The notes beneath the pieces were generated by a model that saw nothing but the letters and a program-made list of their open reading frames with translations, was not told where the DNA came from and searched no databases. A stretch of DNA of 64,000 nt from Eukaryota sp. TZLM1-RC (lineage: Eukaryota; Protista; Metamonada: BaSk clade). Made by a program: the position numbers and the translations under genes. Where the stretch lies: the NCBI GenBank assembly GCA_040285825.1, contig JAUPSS010000007.1:1772689-1836688 (forward strand). The letters run 5' to 3'. Positions 1-11,993 of the stretch are shown here, piece by piece; position 1 is the first letter of the stretch; each line of letters starts with the position of its first letter.

Positions 1-130
1 AAAAACAATTGGTAGATAAGGTTGTGCTTATTTAAATTTACTCTCTGACCTGAATACTAAAATTAAATTTGAGAAAGAATAAAAAAATCATTTAATATGT
101 ATAATTAATATTTATAGAACATACAATCTT

Positions 131-1411
131 CTAACTCATTCTAACCGAATACGACCCTTCACTTGCACCAGTAACGTATCGTACCCAACGAACACTTTCA
201 TATCCACTATTCTCAATTACTTTGAGAAATTGTACCTTGATTCCTGAAGCAGCGTACATTGGGATGGAAAAGTTCACAGTGGCAGGAGGCCGCACCCACT
301 TGATGGAAGTAGACTGAGTTGACAGTAGTTCAACATGAGAGGTGAGGACGAATTCTCTTTTTCCATGAAACTTTTTGATTTTCCAACTAATACCACCATT
401 CTCCATGTCATACGTCGCTTTTCCCCCTCCTTGACTGACAGAAGACGAAACTTTGGCAGTAGATGGTGGTACTGGAATCAACATATCAAAGCTATTTGCA
501 TGTTGGTGGGCACCAAAAGTAGATCGAACCACAACCATTAAATCCAGCTTATTTTGTCCAATTTCATTGATAACAATCTTACATACAAATGGTGGTTTTA
601 AAACCTCAGATACCCTATAAGACATTAATTCAAACTCGCCATCAGGGGGGATAAAGTTGACAGTTCGTTCTAATTCTAAATCAGAAAGTCGCACACATTG
701 AGCAAATGTCCAATCTTCAATGGATACTTGCTTTCCTGAAGTAGATCTGTTACCAGCAACCACTAACTTATCGTTCAGACCAAGTTTACATTCTGGCATT
801 CCCGAGAGCTGACTCTTAACTACAACTTTACCTTTAATATCACAGTTCAAGACTTCACCATCCACGGACATCATCATTGAAATGTTCTCAACAAAATCCA
901 TATAGATTTGGTTCTTTCTATGTTTAATACCTTGGGGTCTCCATGACACTTGCCCTGTTGCCTGAACTGTGACGTCTTCTGGCTGGGTCTTTTGGGACTT
1001 CCCTGCATTGGAAATAGTAAGACGTAAGATATCACCAGCAGTGTTCTGGGGGTATCCAAAGTCTATGGATTCATCAAGAAGTTCATAGAGAAGGACAAAG
1101 TTTGTTCGTATCGAGTCTTCAGTTATTTTACCACCAACGAACTGCTTGAATGTGTTCATCATTTGTTGGAGATATTCAAATACAGAGGCAGTGTTTGCAT
1201 TGGAGCGTGTAACAGCAACAAAGAAGACATTTTGTTCACGTATGTGGAAAAAAGTACATTGACCGAGTTTGGTGATTGGAGACCCAAACTCCTTGGCAGC
1301 GACAACTTTTGTACGGAAAAAGTCAGCTTCTGCACGGGATACATCACCACGGTAGCGACGCCAAATAAGAACTTCTCCTTTGGTGTTCAGTAAAAGTAAG
1401 GCGTTGATCAT
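131..1411 (-). CDS. AP2M1: AP-2 adaptor complex mu subunit
   Basis: 426 aa; N-terminal longin-like part (KGEVLIWRRYRGDVSR), YELLDE..DFGYPQ, SWRPQGIKHRKNQIYMD, LSGMPECKLGLNDK, FIPPDGEFELMSYR, C-terminal RWVRY. Confidence 0.92.
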   Translation of the reverse strand: MINALLLLNTKGEVLIWRRYRGDVSRAEADFFRTKVVAAKEFGSPITKLGQCTFFHIREQNVFFVAVTRSNANTASVFEYLQQMMNTFKQFVGGKITEDSIRTNFVLLYELLDESIDFGYPQNTAGDILRLTISNAGKSQKTQPEDVTVQATGQVSWRPQGIKHRKNQIYMDFVENISMMMSVDGEVLNCDIKGKVVVKSQLSGMPECKLGLNDKLVVAGNRSTSGKQVSIEDWTFAQCVRLSDLELERTVNFIPPDGEFELMSYRVSEVLKPPFVCKIVINEIGQNKLDLMVVVRSTFGAHQHANSFDMLIPVPPSTAKVSSSVSQGGGKATYDMENGGISWKIKKFHGKREFVLTSHVELLSTQSTSIKWVRPPATVNFSIPMYAASGIKVQFLKVIENSGYESVRWVRYVTGASEGSYSVRMS

Positions 1412-2566
1412 TGTTGCAAATGATGGCTAGGTCAAGGAATAAACGGTTAGTTGATAAAAATCTTGTCTAAGTCTAGTCTATAAAAATCTATTGGAATCCT
1501 TCTGTTCTCCACGCTGCTATGAGTTAAACCTATCCCCTTGAATTCAGGTTCGGACTCTTGAGAAAGACGATTTTCTGGTTAATAGCTTATTTCTGAACCT
1601 TCACTGTTTTGAATGTGCGTGGTTGATAATAATATTGCATGGTGATTAATATTTATATAATATAATATATATAATAATATACAATTTTAGTGACGGTAGT
1701 ATTATAGGTGATTTAAATTGTTACTAAAAGTGCTAATACTCACCACATAACTAATAATTCCAAAATAAATATTATCGATTCATGTTTTATTATATTGTTC
1801 GTTCAAGTGTTGGTAAATAGAATAGTGTTGGTGAAAGAAGTGGTGTGGTGAAAGAGGATTTTATAATTATGTGTACAAAACGAAAACCACAGTTGAGCTT
1901 TTCGAGATAATTTCGCATCCTGCCTGCTGAATTAAGATCTGGTTTCCCTCACAGTTCAGAGAACACGCTAAAGCTGTTTTATGTGGGATTTTGCAATTAT
2001 GGAATTGAACAAATTTAATTGATGTGGCAATGTCAGGGTTTGGGAACACATGTAATTGGTATGTTTCCTAACCGAAAAAACAAGCGGAGACACATCAGAT
2101 ACGTAAAAGTGGAAAACATGGAAACGTCTCGTGTTCCACTACAATGGCCATAATTTTTAGGTACATGTTGAGGACGGTTACGAGTAGAACAATTTGAGAT
2201 TAAGAAAATTGGCAATTCATCTGCACCTACTGAACAATAATCATAAATTTAGTGACTTTGTGCTAAATTGAACAAAGTTTAGCTTTAGAATAAAGTTTAA
2301 TGTACAAAAAGACCTTTTTATCAGTTGAAAATCATACAAATTTTGATCAACGAAACTGATAAATATCTGGTTGTTGATGCTTTACTGGGGTGATAGATAT
2401 TCACTGTCCATTTGTCAAGATTAAGTGGTTAAAAAGTGGCTTTATTCATCATTTTTTTGATGCTGATGCTGTGTTTTAGGAATTTCAAAAGCCTATTCAA
2501 TAAGCTTCAATGGATTAACAAACCAAAAACATCAAGCACAAAAATAAATTAATTAAAATAAATTAA

Positions 2567-3742
2567 TTAAAAAAACACGTCTTCCTGTGGTCTAGTCCAG
2601 GTAATTTCACTCTTTTCAACCCCAGAATCGACTTTGAACAACTTTATTGTACCATCCCCACAAGCTGTAATCAATCTCGACTGTGATTGATCAAATGTCA
2701 CGTCATTGATTGACATTTCTGATCGTCGACACCCAGGAAAAGGTGCCAATAAATGTTGAAAGCAATGTCCCGAAAGGTAATCCCAGAAATACATCATTCC
2801 GTCCCTTCCTGTGCCAATCAACACGTCATCATCGCTGACAATCAACCTATTTATGACCGACCCTTTATGATCTTTATAATTACCCATTATCTTGCACTCA
2901 GGAAGTTTCCAAATTTTGGCAACATCAGAATCAGCACTAGCAAACGAATATAACCTGGGATGTATCACCACAGATCTTGGAGGTTTGGAGTGATGAGTCA
3001 ACGTTTGTTGGCATTTGGCCATTTTGAGGTCCCAAAGCTTAATGGTCAAATCAAATGAAGAAGATATAAGTTGTGGTTCTGCTTGCTGGGCTGCTATACT
3101 TGCCACCCCATCCAAATGTCCAGCAAGATTCATCACGGGCCGAGGACTCCTTAGGTCCCAGGCTTTGATGTCCTTATCCCTCCCAGCAGAAAAAAGGAGA
3201 GGTAAGGTTGGGTGGAGGACGAGAGAGGTGATTGTAGATGAGTGTCCAAAGAATGATCGCACTTTGGCATTGTTGTTGCTACTTAGGTCCCAAGCAAAGA
3301 TCTGTTTATCATCAGAGGAGCTGAAGAGAAGTGGCCATCGTTGATCTATAGCAAGGGAACGAACAGATGAAGTGTGTCCAGTCAGTGTTAATTTGACTTT
3401 ACCTAGAGCAAGATCCCATATTTTGATAGTAGAATCAGCCGAGCCAGAGCAGAAGAATTCATTCGACGAATCAACAATCACAGTGTTGACGACACCAGTG
3501 TGTGCTGCCATTACTTTGTAAGGTTTCCAGGGAGCATGCCATTTTGGTGGTGGATGTGATATTGCTGTGGTAGATGATATGGTAAGTGCTGTGGAAAATT
3601 GGGGTTTTGATGATTCAGGTTTGGTAACTATCTTCTCATGTGAAGAAAACCGATGTTTGGAAGTAGAAATAGTTGAATGTGCTATGCAATGTGAATACTC
3701 ATTACGTTGAGCTATTGAGCGTCTGATAGAGTGCGTTAGCAT
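2567..3742 (-). CDS. PRP46: WD40 pre-mRNA splicing factor PRP46/PLRG1
   Basis: PKWHAPWK signature followed by seven WD repeats (GSADSTIKIWDLA, LTLTGH); likely start is MLTHS at 3742, not the GTG at 3829. Confidence 0.88.
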   Translation of the reverse strand: MLTHSIRRSIAQRNEYSHCIAHSTISTSKHRFSSHEKIVTKPESSKPQFSTALTISSTTAISHPPPKWHAPWKPYKVMAAHTGVVNTVIVDSSNEFFCSGSADSTIKIWDLALGKVKLTLTGHTSSVRSLAIDQRWPLLFSSSDDKQIFAWDLSSNNNAKVRSFFGHSSTITSLVLHPTLPLLFSAGRDKDIKAWDLRSPRPVMNLAGHLDGVASIAAQQAEPQLISSSFDLTIKLWDLKMAKCQQTLTHHSKPPRSVVIHPRLYSFASADSDVAKIWKLPECKIMGNYKDHKGSVINRLIVSDDDVLIGTGRDGMMYFWDYLSGHCFQHLLAPFPGCRRSEMSINDVTFDQSQSRLITACGDGTIKLFKVDSGVEKSEITWTRPQEDVFF

Positions 3743-3959
3743 TCCCTCAATAAGTAAAAAAATTATTAACAAGAGAAGATGCGTGATCAACAATCCTTGA
3801 TGGGAAACGCTCACTACTGTGAATTTCACATATCATGAATTCCCCTGTGAAATTCACTCCTGTTTTCAACTTTCTCAATGTCTACTCACAGGCTGTAAGA
3901 GACATGTAGCGTCATTTGACAAAGACAATCATGATCTTCATCAATGGGCTACCTCACTT

Positions 3960-4089
3960 AAATGCACCTACTGCTTTCACAGAACAAAGCCTCGCGACTT
4001 GATGTATCTAAGTAGATCTACCAAATGCTACTAAGGCATTTGTAGATCGGTCTCAAAAGTTTTAGTTTCTGTATGCTCACGTTCCCTAT
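3960..4089 (-). ncRNA. candidate omegaRNA scaffold of Fanzor B
   Basis: Directly 3' of the Fanzor stop; hairpin GATCTAC-AAATGC-cttagta-GCATTT-g-GTAGATC and possible enclosing ACAGAA/TTCTGT pairing; boundaries inferred. Confidence 0.45.
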
Positions 4090-6039
4090 TCATCTCCTCA
4101 ACAGAGCATCTGGCCAAATGTATCTTTCCGGCCACAATTCCGCTTTCTTCTTAATTTGAATATTTTTTGCAGCGGAAATATCTCTGTCATATACTATTTG
4201 ACACTCAGTACAAATACGCATTTGCCATGATCCTGCTTGAATATTCTCGGCCATGCAACAACTGGACAGTTTGCTTGTATTAAATTCACTGGTTGACAAG
4301 TGCTTCACGTCCTTTTGATAACACAACCATTTTCTGAAAGCCCTTGCTGATCCATATCGATTGACTTTTTGGCAATGAGAGGGGAAATTAGCAGAACCCA
4401 CAGCAAGATAGAGTTTATCAGGATGTCCAGCCAGCCTTTGAAATTTGTTGAGAGTCTCTCTGAACCGTCTCTCTTTTCGTCTGCGGTTATCAAATTTAAT
4501 TATTTTCCATTTCTGGCGATTACTTTCCAAATACACTTTCCTCCTGACCAAATTCCAATGGTTCAAATATTGGTTGAAATTTTGAACGGAATATTGGTTG
4601 GGAGAGTGTTTACTGGGTGAAGGTTTTGTCATGTATCTTCTGCCAGTTGGACAAGGGATAACTCCACATTGATTATCATCTAATAAGTAACCACATAATC
4701 CTGATTGTCCCAGATCAACACCAATAAGGGGCCTTTCAGGTAAAATTTCGACTGGATGTCTACCTTTTCGACGGGGCATTTTTTAGTGCCCTTTAACTGT
4801 GTTTCTCTGGTTTTTTGGGCCTCAGGGTCACTTTTCATTTCATTTTTTGATCTTCTTTTCTTTTTCGGTGGTTCATCCAGCTCATCTGTGTTTTCTGAGT
4901 CATTATTTTTACCTTCAAAGGTCAAAAGCATTTCATTACCATTAGTTTTCAATAAAATATTTTTAAATATGTTTTTTAAACTTTTTCTGTCGATATTGAA
5001 TTTTTGGTAAGGACATTGATTGAATATTCAGACATGTATTTTTGATAAACTTTGTTTTCGAAGATGATCCTGCAATAAGTGGAATTTTTTTCACAGAGTG
5101 GAAAACATGTGAAGGTACCTCATGAAATTTTGAACCTTTATGAGAAGCTAAAGGTATTATTCTAAATTTCTTCCAGCAATGCATATGAGAAAAGAAAGTG
5201 AGTAAGTATTGTGAAATTTTAAGATTAAAGAGAAAAAGCTCACCAATTTCCTTTGATGAAAAGGTGATTTTATCATGTGAGGACAGTAGGGAGGCAGTGG
5301 TAGGAAATCTTTGAAGGAGATTCAAGATAAACTTACATGCATTTAATAAAAAGAATCTTTCTCTTGAATTATTCAAATCGAAATTGATGTAGTATTCAAG
5401 AACAGAATCAACAACTACTTCCTCGGGTTGGGCTAATGGTTCATCTGGCAAAAGAGAGAGAATATTATTTGCAAAGACATTTGTTTTATCCAGGGCTCTA
5501 CAATGAGCACGAATAAAGTTTTTTGTCCAGGATTGACAAATTTTAGGTAAACTTGTCTTCACGTTAGACGCCAATTGACGAGCCCGACAAGCAAGGTAAG
5601 AAGAAAGCCCTTTTCTATTGATAAAATTACAATTCTGAGAATGCAGCCAAGCATTGAGAAAAAGATTGAATAAATTTCTGTAAGGCACTAAAGAATTTTC
5701 CCACAATGAAACAAGAGACCTGTCTTGTGGGCATTCTGGAAGAAATCCATTGTAAAAGATATGGAGTAATTGGCGTTGGCCTTTAGATGTGGATGGCTTT
5801 GGAAAAGAACCAGTGGTGATGACGGTCATAAACAGATACCATACATCCTGTTCCACTAAAGCTCTAGATGCCAACGGAAAATTTAGAAGAAAAGATTGAA
5901 GCAATAAAGAAGCTTCATGACAAATCTCGGTGACCAAAGGAAGGTCAGTCCGAATTTGTTGCACCGCTGCAGGGGTCAGCAACGAGTTCAGTGCACAAGA
6001 CCGAGTGAATACACATGACACAGAGTGGGTGTCTGTCAT
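4090..6039 (-). mobile_element. Fanzor (TnpB-like RNA-guided nuclease), family B, about 650 aa split by two frameshifts
   Basis: ORFs 4963-6039, 4680-4952 and 4090-4779 join into one protein: WED-like LKTNGNEMLLTF, RuvC-I LIGVDLG, RuvC-II SEFNTSKLSSCC, Zn finger CTEC, RuvC-III YDRDISAAKNI. Confidence 0.85.
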
Positions 6040-6289
6040 GTAGTGAGAATAAAGAACTCATCTATCAAATTTTACACTTCTCACCCTATTTTCGACTTCT
6101 GGTTGCCTGTTCTGGGAGGTTTTTAACCCTCAACTTGGTTTTGGGAGGTTTTCACTATTCCCACACTTTCCCCTCACTTCATAAACTAGGTTCTTATTTC
6201 CCTCACTTAACTTCTTTTTTCGAGCTTTAGGACTCCCCTGTAATCTTTCAACTTCTTTCTATTACTCTTTCAGTTCATACCCCACTACT

Positions 6290-6603
6290 GGCCCTCCACA
6301 AACTGCAACTTATGCTCTACCACCGACGCCTCAACCGGTACAGTCCATGTACACACCTCATGCTCCTCGCTCATCCGGTAATAATACCAGGAAAACTTTC
6401 CTTGACAGCTCTGATTGGAAGTTAAACAAAACTGTTAGTCATTCATCAAACAAAACACTTCTGTCCCTAGCGTTTCACTTGGTTTGAAGCTTTGTAATGG
6501 CATGTCGAAGGAAAATGTTAACATTGAGCTAGACGAACGAGAGTTGGAAGCCTTTTTCAATAATGTTGAAGAAGATATCTCTGTTCATTTAGACAATCTG
6601 TAA
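6290..6603 (+). pseudogene. possible COMM-domain (COMMD) protein C-terminus, frameshifted
   Basis: LDSSDWKLNKTVSHSSNKTLLS, then after a 1-nt shift SVSLGLKLCNGMSKENVNIELDERELEAFFNNVEEDISVHLDNL*, resembling the COMM domain; 5' boundary unknown. Confidence 0.3.
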
Positions 6604-6801
6604 TAAAGTAAGTTATTTTGTAAATAAATAGTTTATATTGTTTGTTGTTTATTTGAACATTATTGGCACGTTTTTATGCTAAAAAGCTCCTGAACTGATT
6701 TGGTATTGGTTTTGGGGGAGGTTTTGGGGAGAACTAAATTTTGGAATGCTAAAAACTCCATCAGTTCACTGTTTTTTTTTCGTTTTTCGTTTGGTAATTT
6801 G

Positions 6802-7560
6802 ATGAGTACAAATAGAAGGCGTTCTGTTTCGAAAACGCCTCCTAAAACAGTAGGTTCCCCATCTGTTTCCACTCATTCTTCACCATCTCTCACGTCAAAA
6901 TCGTTGTCTAGGTCTTTTTCCCCTGTTGATCTTGAACATGCTCGCTCTTCTCTATCTGAATTACAATCACTCTTAAAAAAACAAAAGCTGAAGACATCGG
7001 CTATCAGAGATCGTCTAACAAAAACGGCAACTCCCTTACGTTCTTTAGAGACCACCCACTGCGAGGACTCACTTAACAGCATTTCAACTCTCCTTTCCAA
7101 ATACAATCCTTCTTTCGTTTCCCCCAATTATACCTTAACATCTCCTCTCCGAACACCTTCTTGTCCCTCTCCGAGCCAATCACTTCCTTCCTCCTCCTCC
7201 CCAGTGTCTGGTCAGATGGATTCACTGTCTTTGCCACCTATACCTTCTTCACAACCTGACTGTCCTAAATCAAATAATGAATTTGAACCAATAGAGTCAC
7301 CAAAGCGCCGATTTTCAACAAACAGTTTTCAACCCTCATATGACGAATTGGTTTCCTTTTGTAACGGTTTGGAATGTGAGAACACCAGACTCAAACAGAA
7401 AATGACTCAAATGGCAAATAATCATTCAGAAAGCAATCAGAATCAGAACAAATTATTGAAAGCTACTTTGACTGAATTATCCTCATTAATGGACAGGATT
7501 CAATATTTAGAAAAAGAATTAAAGCGAAGTTCAGGGAGTAATGTTCATAGTCCTTGTTGA
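6802..7560 (+). CDS. Ser/Pro-rich coiled-coil protein, function unknown
   Basis: Open ORF from ATG 6802 with host-like composition and two coiled-coil-like segments. Confidence 0.6.
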   Translation: MSTNRRRSVSKTPPKTVGSPSVSTHSSPSLTSKSLSRSFSPVDLEHARSSLSELQSLLKKQKLKTSAIRDRLTKTATPLRSLETTHCEDSLNSISTLLSKYNPSFVSPNYTLTSPLRTPSCPSPSQSLPSSSSPVSGQMDSLSLPPIPSSQPDCPKSNNEFEPIESPKRRFSTNSFQPSYDELVSFCNGLECENTRLKQKMTQMANNHSESNQNQNKLLKATLTELSSLMDRIQYLEKELKRSSGSNVHSPC

Positions 7561-8104
7561 TTTCTTTATTTTTTCTTGTGTAGCTTTTTCAACAAGGTTT
7601 TTGTATTATTAGTTGTTAATTTCTTTGTATACTTTTAATTTATTTTATTTTCTTGTTCTTTTAGGAATTCGTTTTAAATAAATTCTTGGATTATTTAATG
7701 AATGAACTCAGCTAGTAAAATATATAACCATAGTCAGCTTGCTACATTACGAAAACGAGAATAGAATAATCAGTTCCAAGTTTTTTTCGTCTCTTGTAGG
7801 AGAAGTTTGAGAATTGATGGATAGATTCTTATGTAGCGCTCTTGAATTCAATTCACCATGATTATTGCATTATTTCGGACTTTTCATCGAATATGAGAAG
7901 CAATGTCGAAAAAATAGGAGGATCAGTATTTTGTGAAGGAAATCTTTTGAGGTTTACAATTTTCAGGAATATCGGTCGAATCCAATTCTAGACTTCTACA
8001 ATTCTAGACCTTTCTTATGGGGCTATCTTTTGACCTTCTTTTGACATCTCCTGACATCTCCAATTGGTTCATTAATTTTTATCCCATTTGATTTACTTTT
8101 AGTA

Positions 8105-8400
8105 GTTAGTAGAAGAGGCGTGACTATTCAGACGAACTTGCACTTGAAGCAACTAGTGCTATTGAGAGTCATGAGTGGTGGCTCATGCTTGGTAGCTCAA
8201 CCCCAGAGCTTCAAAGATTAGCTGTAAGGGTACTGAGTACAGTCGTAACAGCGTCTGCTGGTGAACGCTTTTGGAGTATATATTTGTTTATTCACAACCA
8301 CAGACGTAACAGACTTATTCCTGTCAGAGCCAGAAATCTTGTTTTCGTGTATATAAATTTGCAGCTTCTGGAAAAGAAGTATGTAGATTTTGACGAATAA
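8105..8400 (+). mobile_element. hAT transposase C-terminal dimerisation-domain remnant
   Basis: EWWLMLGSSTPELQRLAVRVLSTVVTASAGERFWS...RRNRL. Confidence 0.8.
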
Positions 8401-8508
8401 TAAGTGGAATATTTCATCCTTCTGGAAATATTTTGCTCGAAAAAACAAAAATTGTTTTAAAAAAAATTTGGAAATAGAAAAATTGTAAAATCAAAAATTT
8501 GCCGAAAA

Positions 8509-11040
8509 TTGTGCTTACGTGGTCGTTATGGTGCCGCAAAGCAGTCCTTGTTTTCCTCTTCTTTGGCTGATGCAAACTCTGATACCCTTGAAAAACTTCA
8601 AAAGTTGCATTCTCAAGAAAATTTCAAGTGCAGCAAGCCTGATGTGTGTCCTTTTTGGATTGAAAATCCTATTAGTGCAATTGAAGTTCTTCAAGCTATT
8701 CAAAAATTACCAAAGGGGAAAGCAGCAGGCCCATCTGGAATTTCTTTTGATCTCTTAAAAATAGCGTGTTCCAGTGCTCCCGAAATTGCTGATGATCTAG
8801 CCCATTATTTTCAACAAATAATTGTTTTGAAAATTAATCCTCCATTTGAATTACTCGCTGCACGTCTGATTGCTTTAGTAAAGCCTGGAAACGGAATTAA
8901 ACCTGATGGAATACGCCCAATTGCTGTTGGTGAATCTCTTTCTCGTTTGCTGGCATCAATTGTGTTCGATCGTGTCAAAGACAAAGCTTCTACATTTTTG
9001 AATCCTCATCAATTTGGAATCAGAACAATTGATGGTGCTTTTGTTGCTGCTATTGCCTCTGATACCTTTTTTAATGCATAGGAAAATAATTTTATTTTTA
9101 ATCTCAACTTTAAAATGCTTTTAATTCTGTAAAGTGAGAAGCAATTTTTGAAGTTATTAAATCTGATTTTCCTGAGCTATCGAGTTTTTTCTACCATTTT
9201 TATGGGAAAGAATCAGATTTAATTTATAATTCATTTGGTCTTAAATCATCTTCTGGAGTGAAGCAGGGAGATCCTTTAGGCCCATTATTGTTTTGTTTAG
9301 CTATTCACAAAACTTTAAATATCATTAAGCAAAAATACCCATCTATAAAAATAGTTGCTTATATGGATGATATATCCTTGATTGGTTCATTTGATTTACT
9401 AGAATTGGTTGCGCAAGAAATTGCCGATTCATATGAAAATATTGGGCTTCATCTTAATGCGAGCAAATGCCTTCTGATTGGCTCTTCTGCTCAAGACCTC
9501 GTGATAAACGATTCTATTGTCCCTTTTACTAATTATAGTAGTGATGCTTTTAAGTTCCTTGGTTGTTGGTTAGGAAACGTGCCTCAAATTCAGAATGAAT
9601 TGCAAGTTATTTTGGAAAAAATGAAAATTGAACTTGATTCAATTTCTTCTTTAGATATAGAAAAACATATTAAATTTTTCATGCTTAAAATTTGCTACAC
9701 TGGGAGAATAACCCACATTTTGAGATCTTGTGCTCCTTCCACAGCATTAGATTTTTGTCGTTCTTTTAATTCATTGAGAACAGAATTTTTTGCTGATTTA
9801 TTGGATGTAGAACCAGGAATGTTGAAAAGCCACTTATTTTCTTCAGCAAATTTGGGTGGTATTGGATTTACTAAATCTTCAATTTTGTGTCAATCAGCAT
9901 TCTTGGGTGGTGGCAAAAATTTTATTTATGAATTTTCTCGTAGATTTCCTGATGATTCTCATCTGTTAGTTCCCAATTGCAGTCCCTATTTGTATGAGTT
10001 ATCTTGTGAACTTGAAAAATTGCCGCCACAAATTTGGACCAAATGTTTTCCTCAATCAATTCAAGAAATTCCAAACCGATCTCTTTTTAATTTACAGTTT
10101 TGCTGTAAAAAGCTGCAACAAAAATTGTCAAAGATTATTGAAAGCTTGGATTATGATGTTAGACTTGGCTTGGCCAAGAAAAAGAATCCCGCTTTTGCAA
10201 ATCGTTTACAAGATATGTGTGATAGTACTTCTTCTGCCTTAGTAACAACAATTCCTCAAGTTTATGACACTCTCGTAACTGATTTAGACTGGACTTTGAA
10301 TATGAGATTTCGTTCCTTTATATGGCCTGATAATTTACCTCATAATTTAATTTGTAAATGTTCTGGAAAAATTACAATTACACATTTGTTAAATTGTAAA
10401 CATCTTATTTCTTTCAGAAGCAAGGTTCACGATGCTGTGGGGGGCCAATAATATTGTATGTGTAAGTCTAATAGAATTGAATCCTTTTTGGAACCTCTGT
10501 TATCAAATCTGTTTGATGCTGAAGATGATTTACTTAAGAGTAATGGAGGTGATGTCATAATATCTGGATTAGATGTAACCTTCATTTTATTGGAAGTAAT
10601 GTCTGCTGTTCCTTTAATGCCTCAAATCAAAGGCTTGCAAATTCTGAAATTCACAGTCCTCTTTCAAATACTGAAAATTTCAAAATCAAAAAATACAATG
10701 AACCTTTGTCCAAATTGTCCACCCAACATCATGCAAAATACAATTTGTATCCATTTGTATTTTCTCTATTTGGTTCACTTGCTCCCACGGCTATACGATT
10801 TTTGGCAGATTTTGAAATGATTGTAAAGAGAAGAACTAACAGACATTTTAACAGATTGTTTTGGCAAAATAGAATTGTGTTTTCTATTTTTAAGGGGATG
10901 TTGAAGATGGTTTCTGATGCTTTGCTGTCTCTTGGATCTCACTATGAGAGAGTTGCATCTAGTGTTTTTGTTTTGGGAGAGATGGATTTTTTAGATGTTG
11001 ATTTATAGGTTTTGAATAAAATTAAAATTAAATAAACAAA
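8509..11040 (+). mobile_element. CRE-like RLE non-LTR retrotransposon (family F1), 5'-truncated and decayed
   Basis: KAAGPSG, RPIAVGESLSRL, KQGDPLGPLLF, AYMDD (RT); CKC..HLLNC knuckle; RLE region; A-rich 3' end; several stops and frameshifts. Confidence 0.9.
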
Positions 11041-11993
11041 AAGATTTTGACGATTACGTCGTTAACAATTCTATTTAAACAATCTGTTACAGCTTGAAGT
11101 TCAACGTGAAAAAGAGTTGGTAGACATTTCTCAGCGAGATTCACTTGACATTTCGCATTCTTCTAACATCATGCAGCAAAACGAGAAAAAGAATAACAAA
11201 ATAACGGACCCGGTTTCCACCTCTTCATTCAACCTGGTCTTCTTTCCGAACTGCTCAGTTGGAAGCTTTGAAAAAAAAAACAATTGAAACCAAGTATGGT
11301 CAACAAAATTGAGCCAAGTCTTAGTGGTTTCAAGCCTGATCCTTCAATTAAGTTGAAATCTAAAACCACAAATCAAAATCTTCCTATGGTTATGAGCATT
11401 GATTTTGGAACATATCAGGATGGTGTTTTTCACCAAAACCAGAAAAATCAATTTCTCAGATTATCAACAAAAAATGAAAAGATGATTCAAATCTTTTGAA
11501 AAGAAGAAGTGCTGAACAGTTGAATGAATGGATTTCAGATCAAAAAGGGTTTTTTATTTCAATTGTTATGTTTAGGTTTGACTAACACAGTATCTTTTTG
11601 GAAAGCAAATATTCGTTACTATTGAAGATGAATTTCCAAATCACGTCTCTACATGAAATGGATATGAATGTTAAGGTAGAATTATTCTCTAACGAAGAAA
11701 CTTTGCTTCGTAGTTTTTCAAACCTTATAACAATTACCAACCACATTGTTTACCGAATCACAATTTAATCAAATTTGGATTACAAGTATTGGAAATTCGA
11801 TTTCATGAATTTAATTCAACATTTCCCACTGTTCCAAATGATCCAATGGTGGATGTATTCAATCAACTTTTCTCCAAGATGGGGAAAGGTTGTCATCAGG
11901 ATCAATTGCTTTTATCTTTCAGATACTCTGGTATTTGTCAGGAAGTTTATTAAAATCCCCTATTGATAAGGCTTAGGCAATCTGGCATATGAA

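Noticed and set aside
1867-2215. Two 60-aa minus-strand ORFs
   Set aside because: No identifiable domain
3810-6047. Fanzor B as a complete CACTA element (CTCACTAC at 3810, GTAGTGAG at 6040)
   Set aside because: Only an 8-bp inverted match, no TSD, and the left copy touches the ATG; not enough to call
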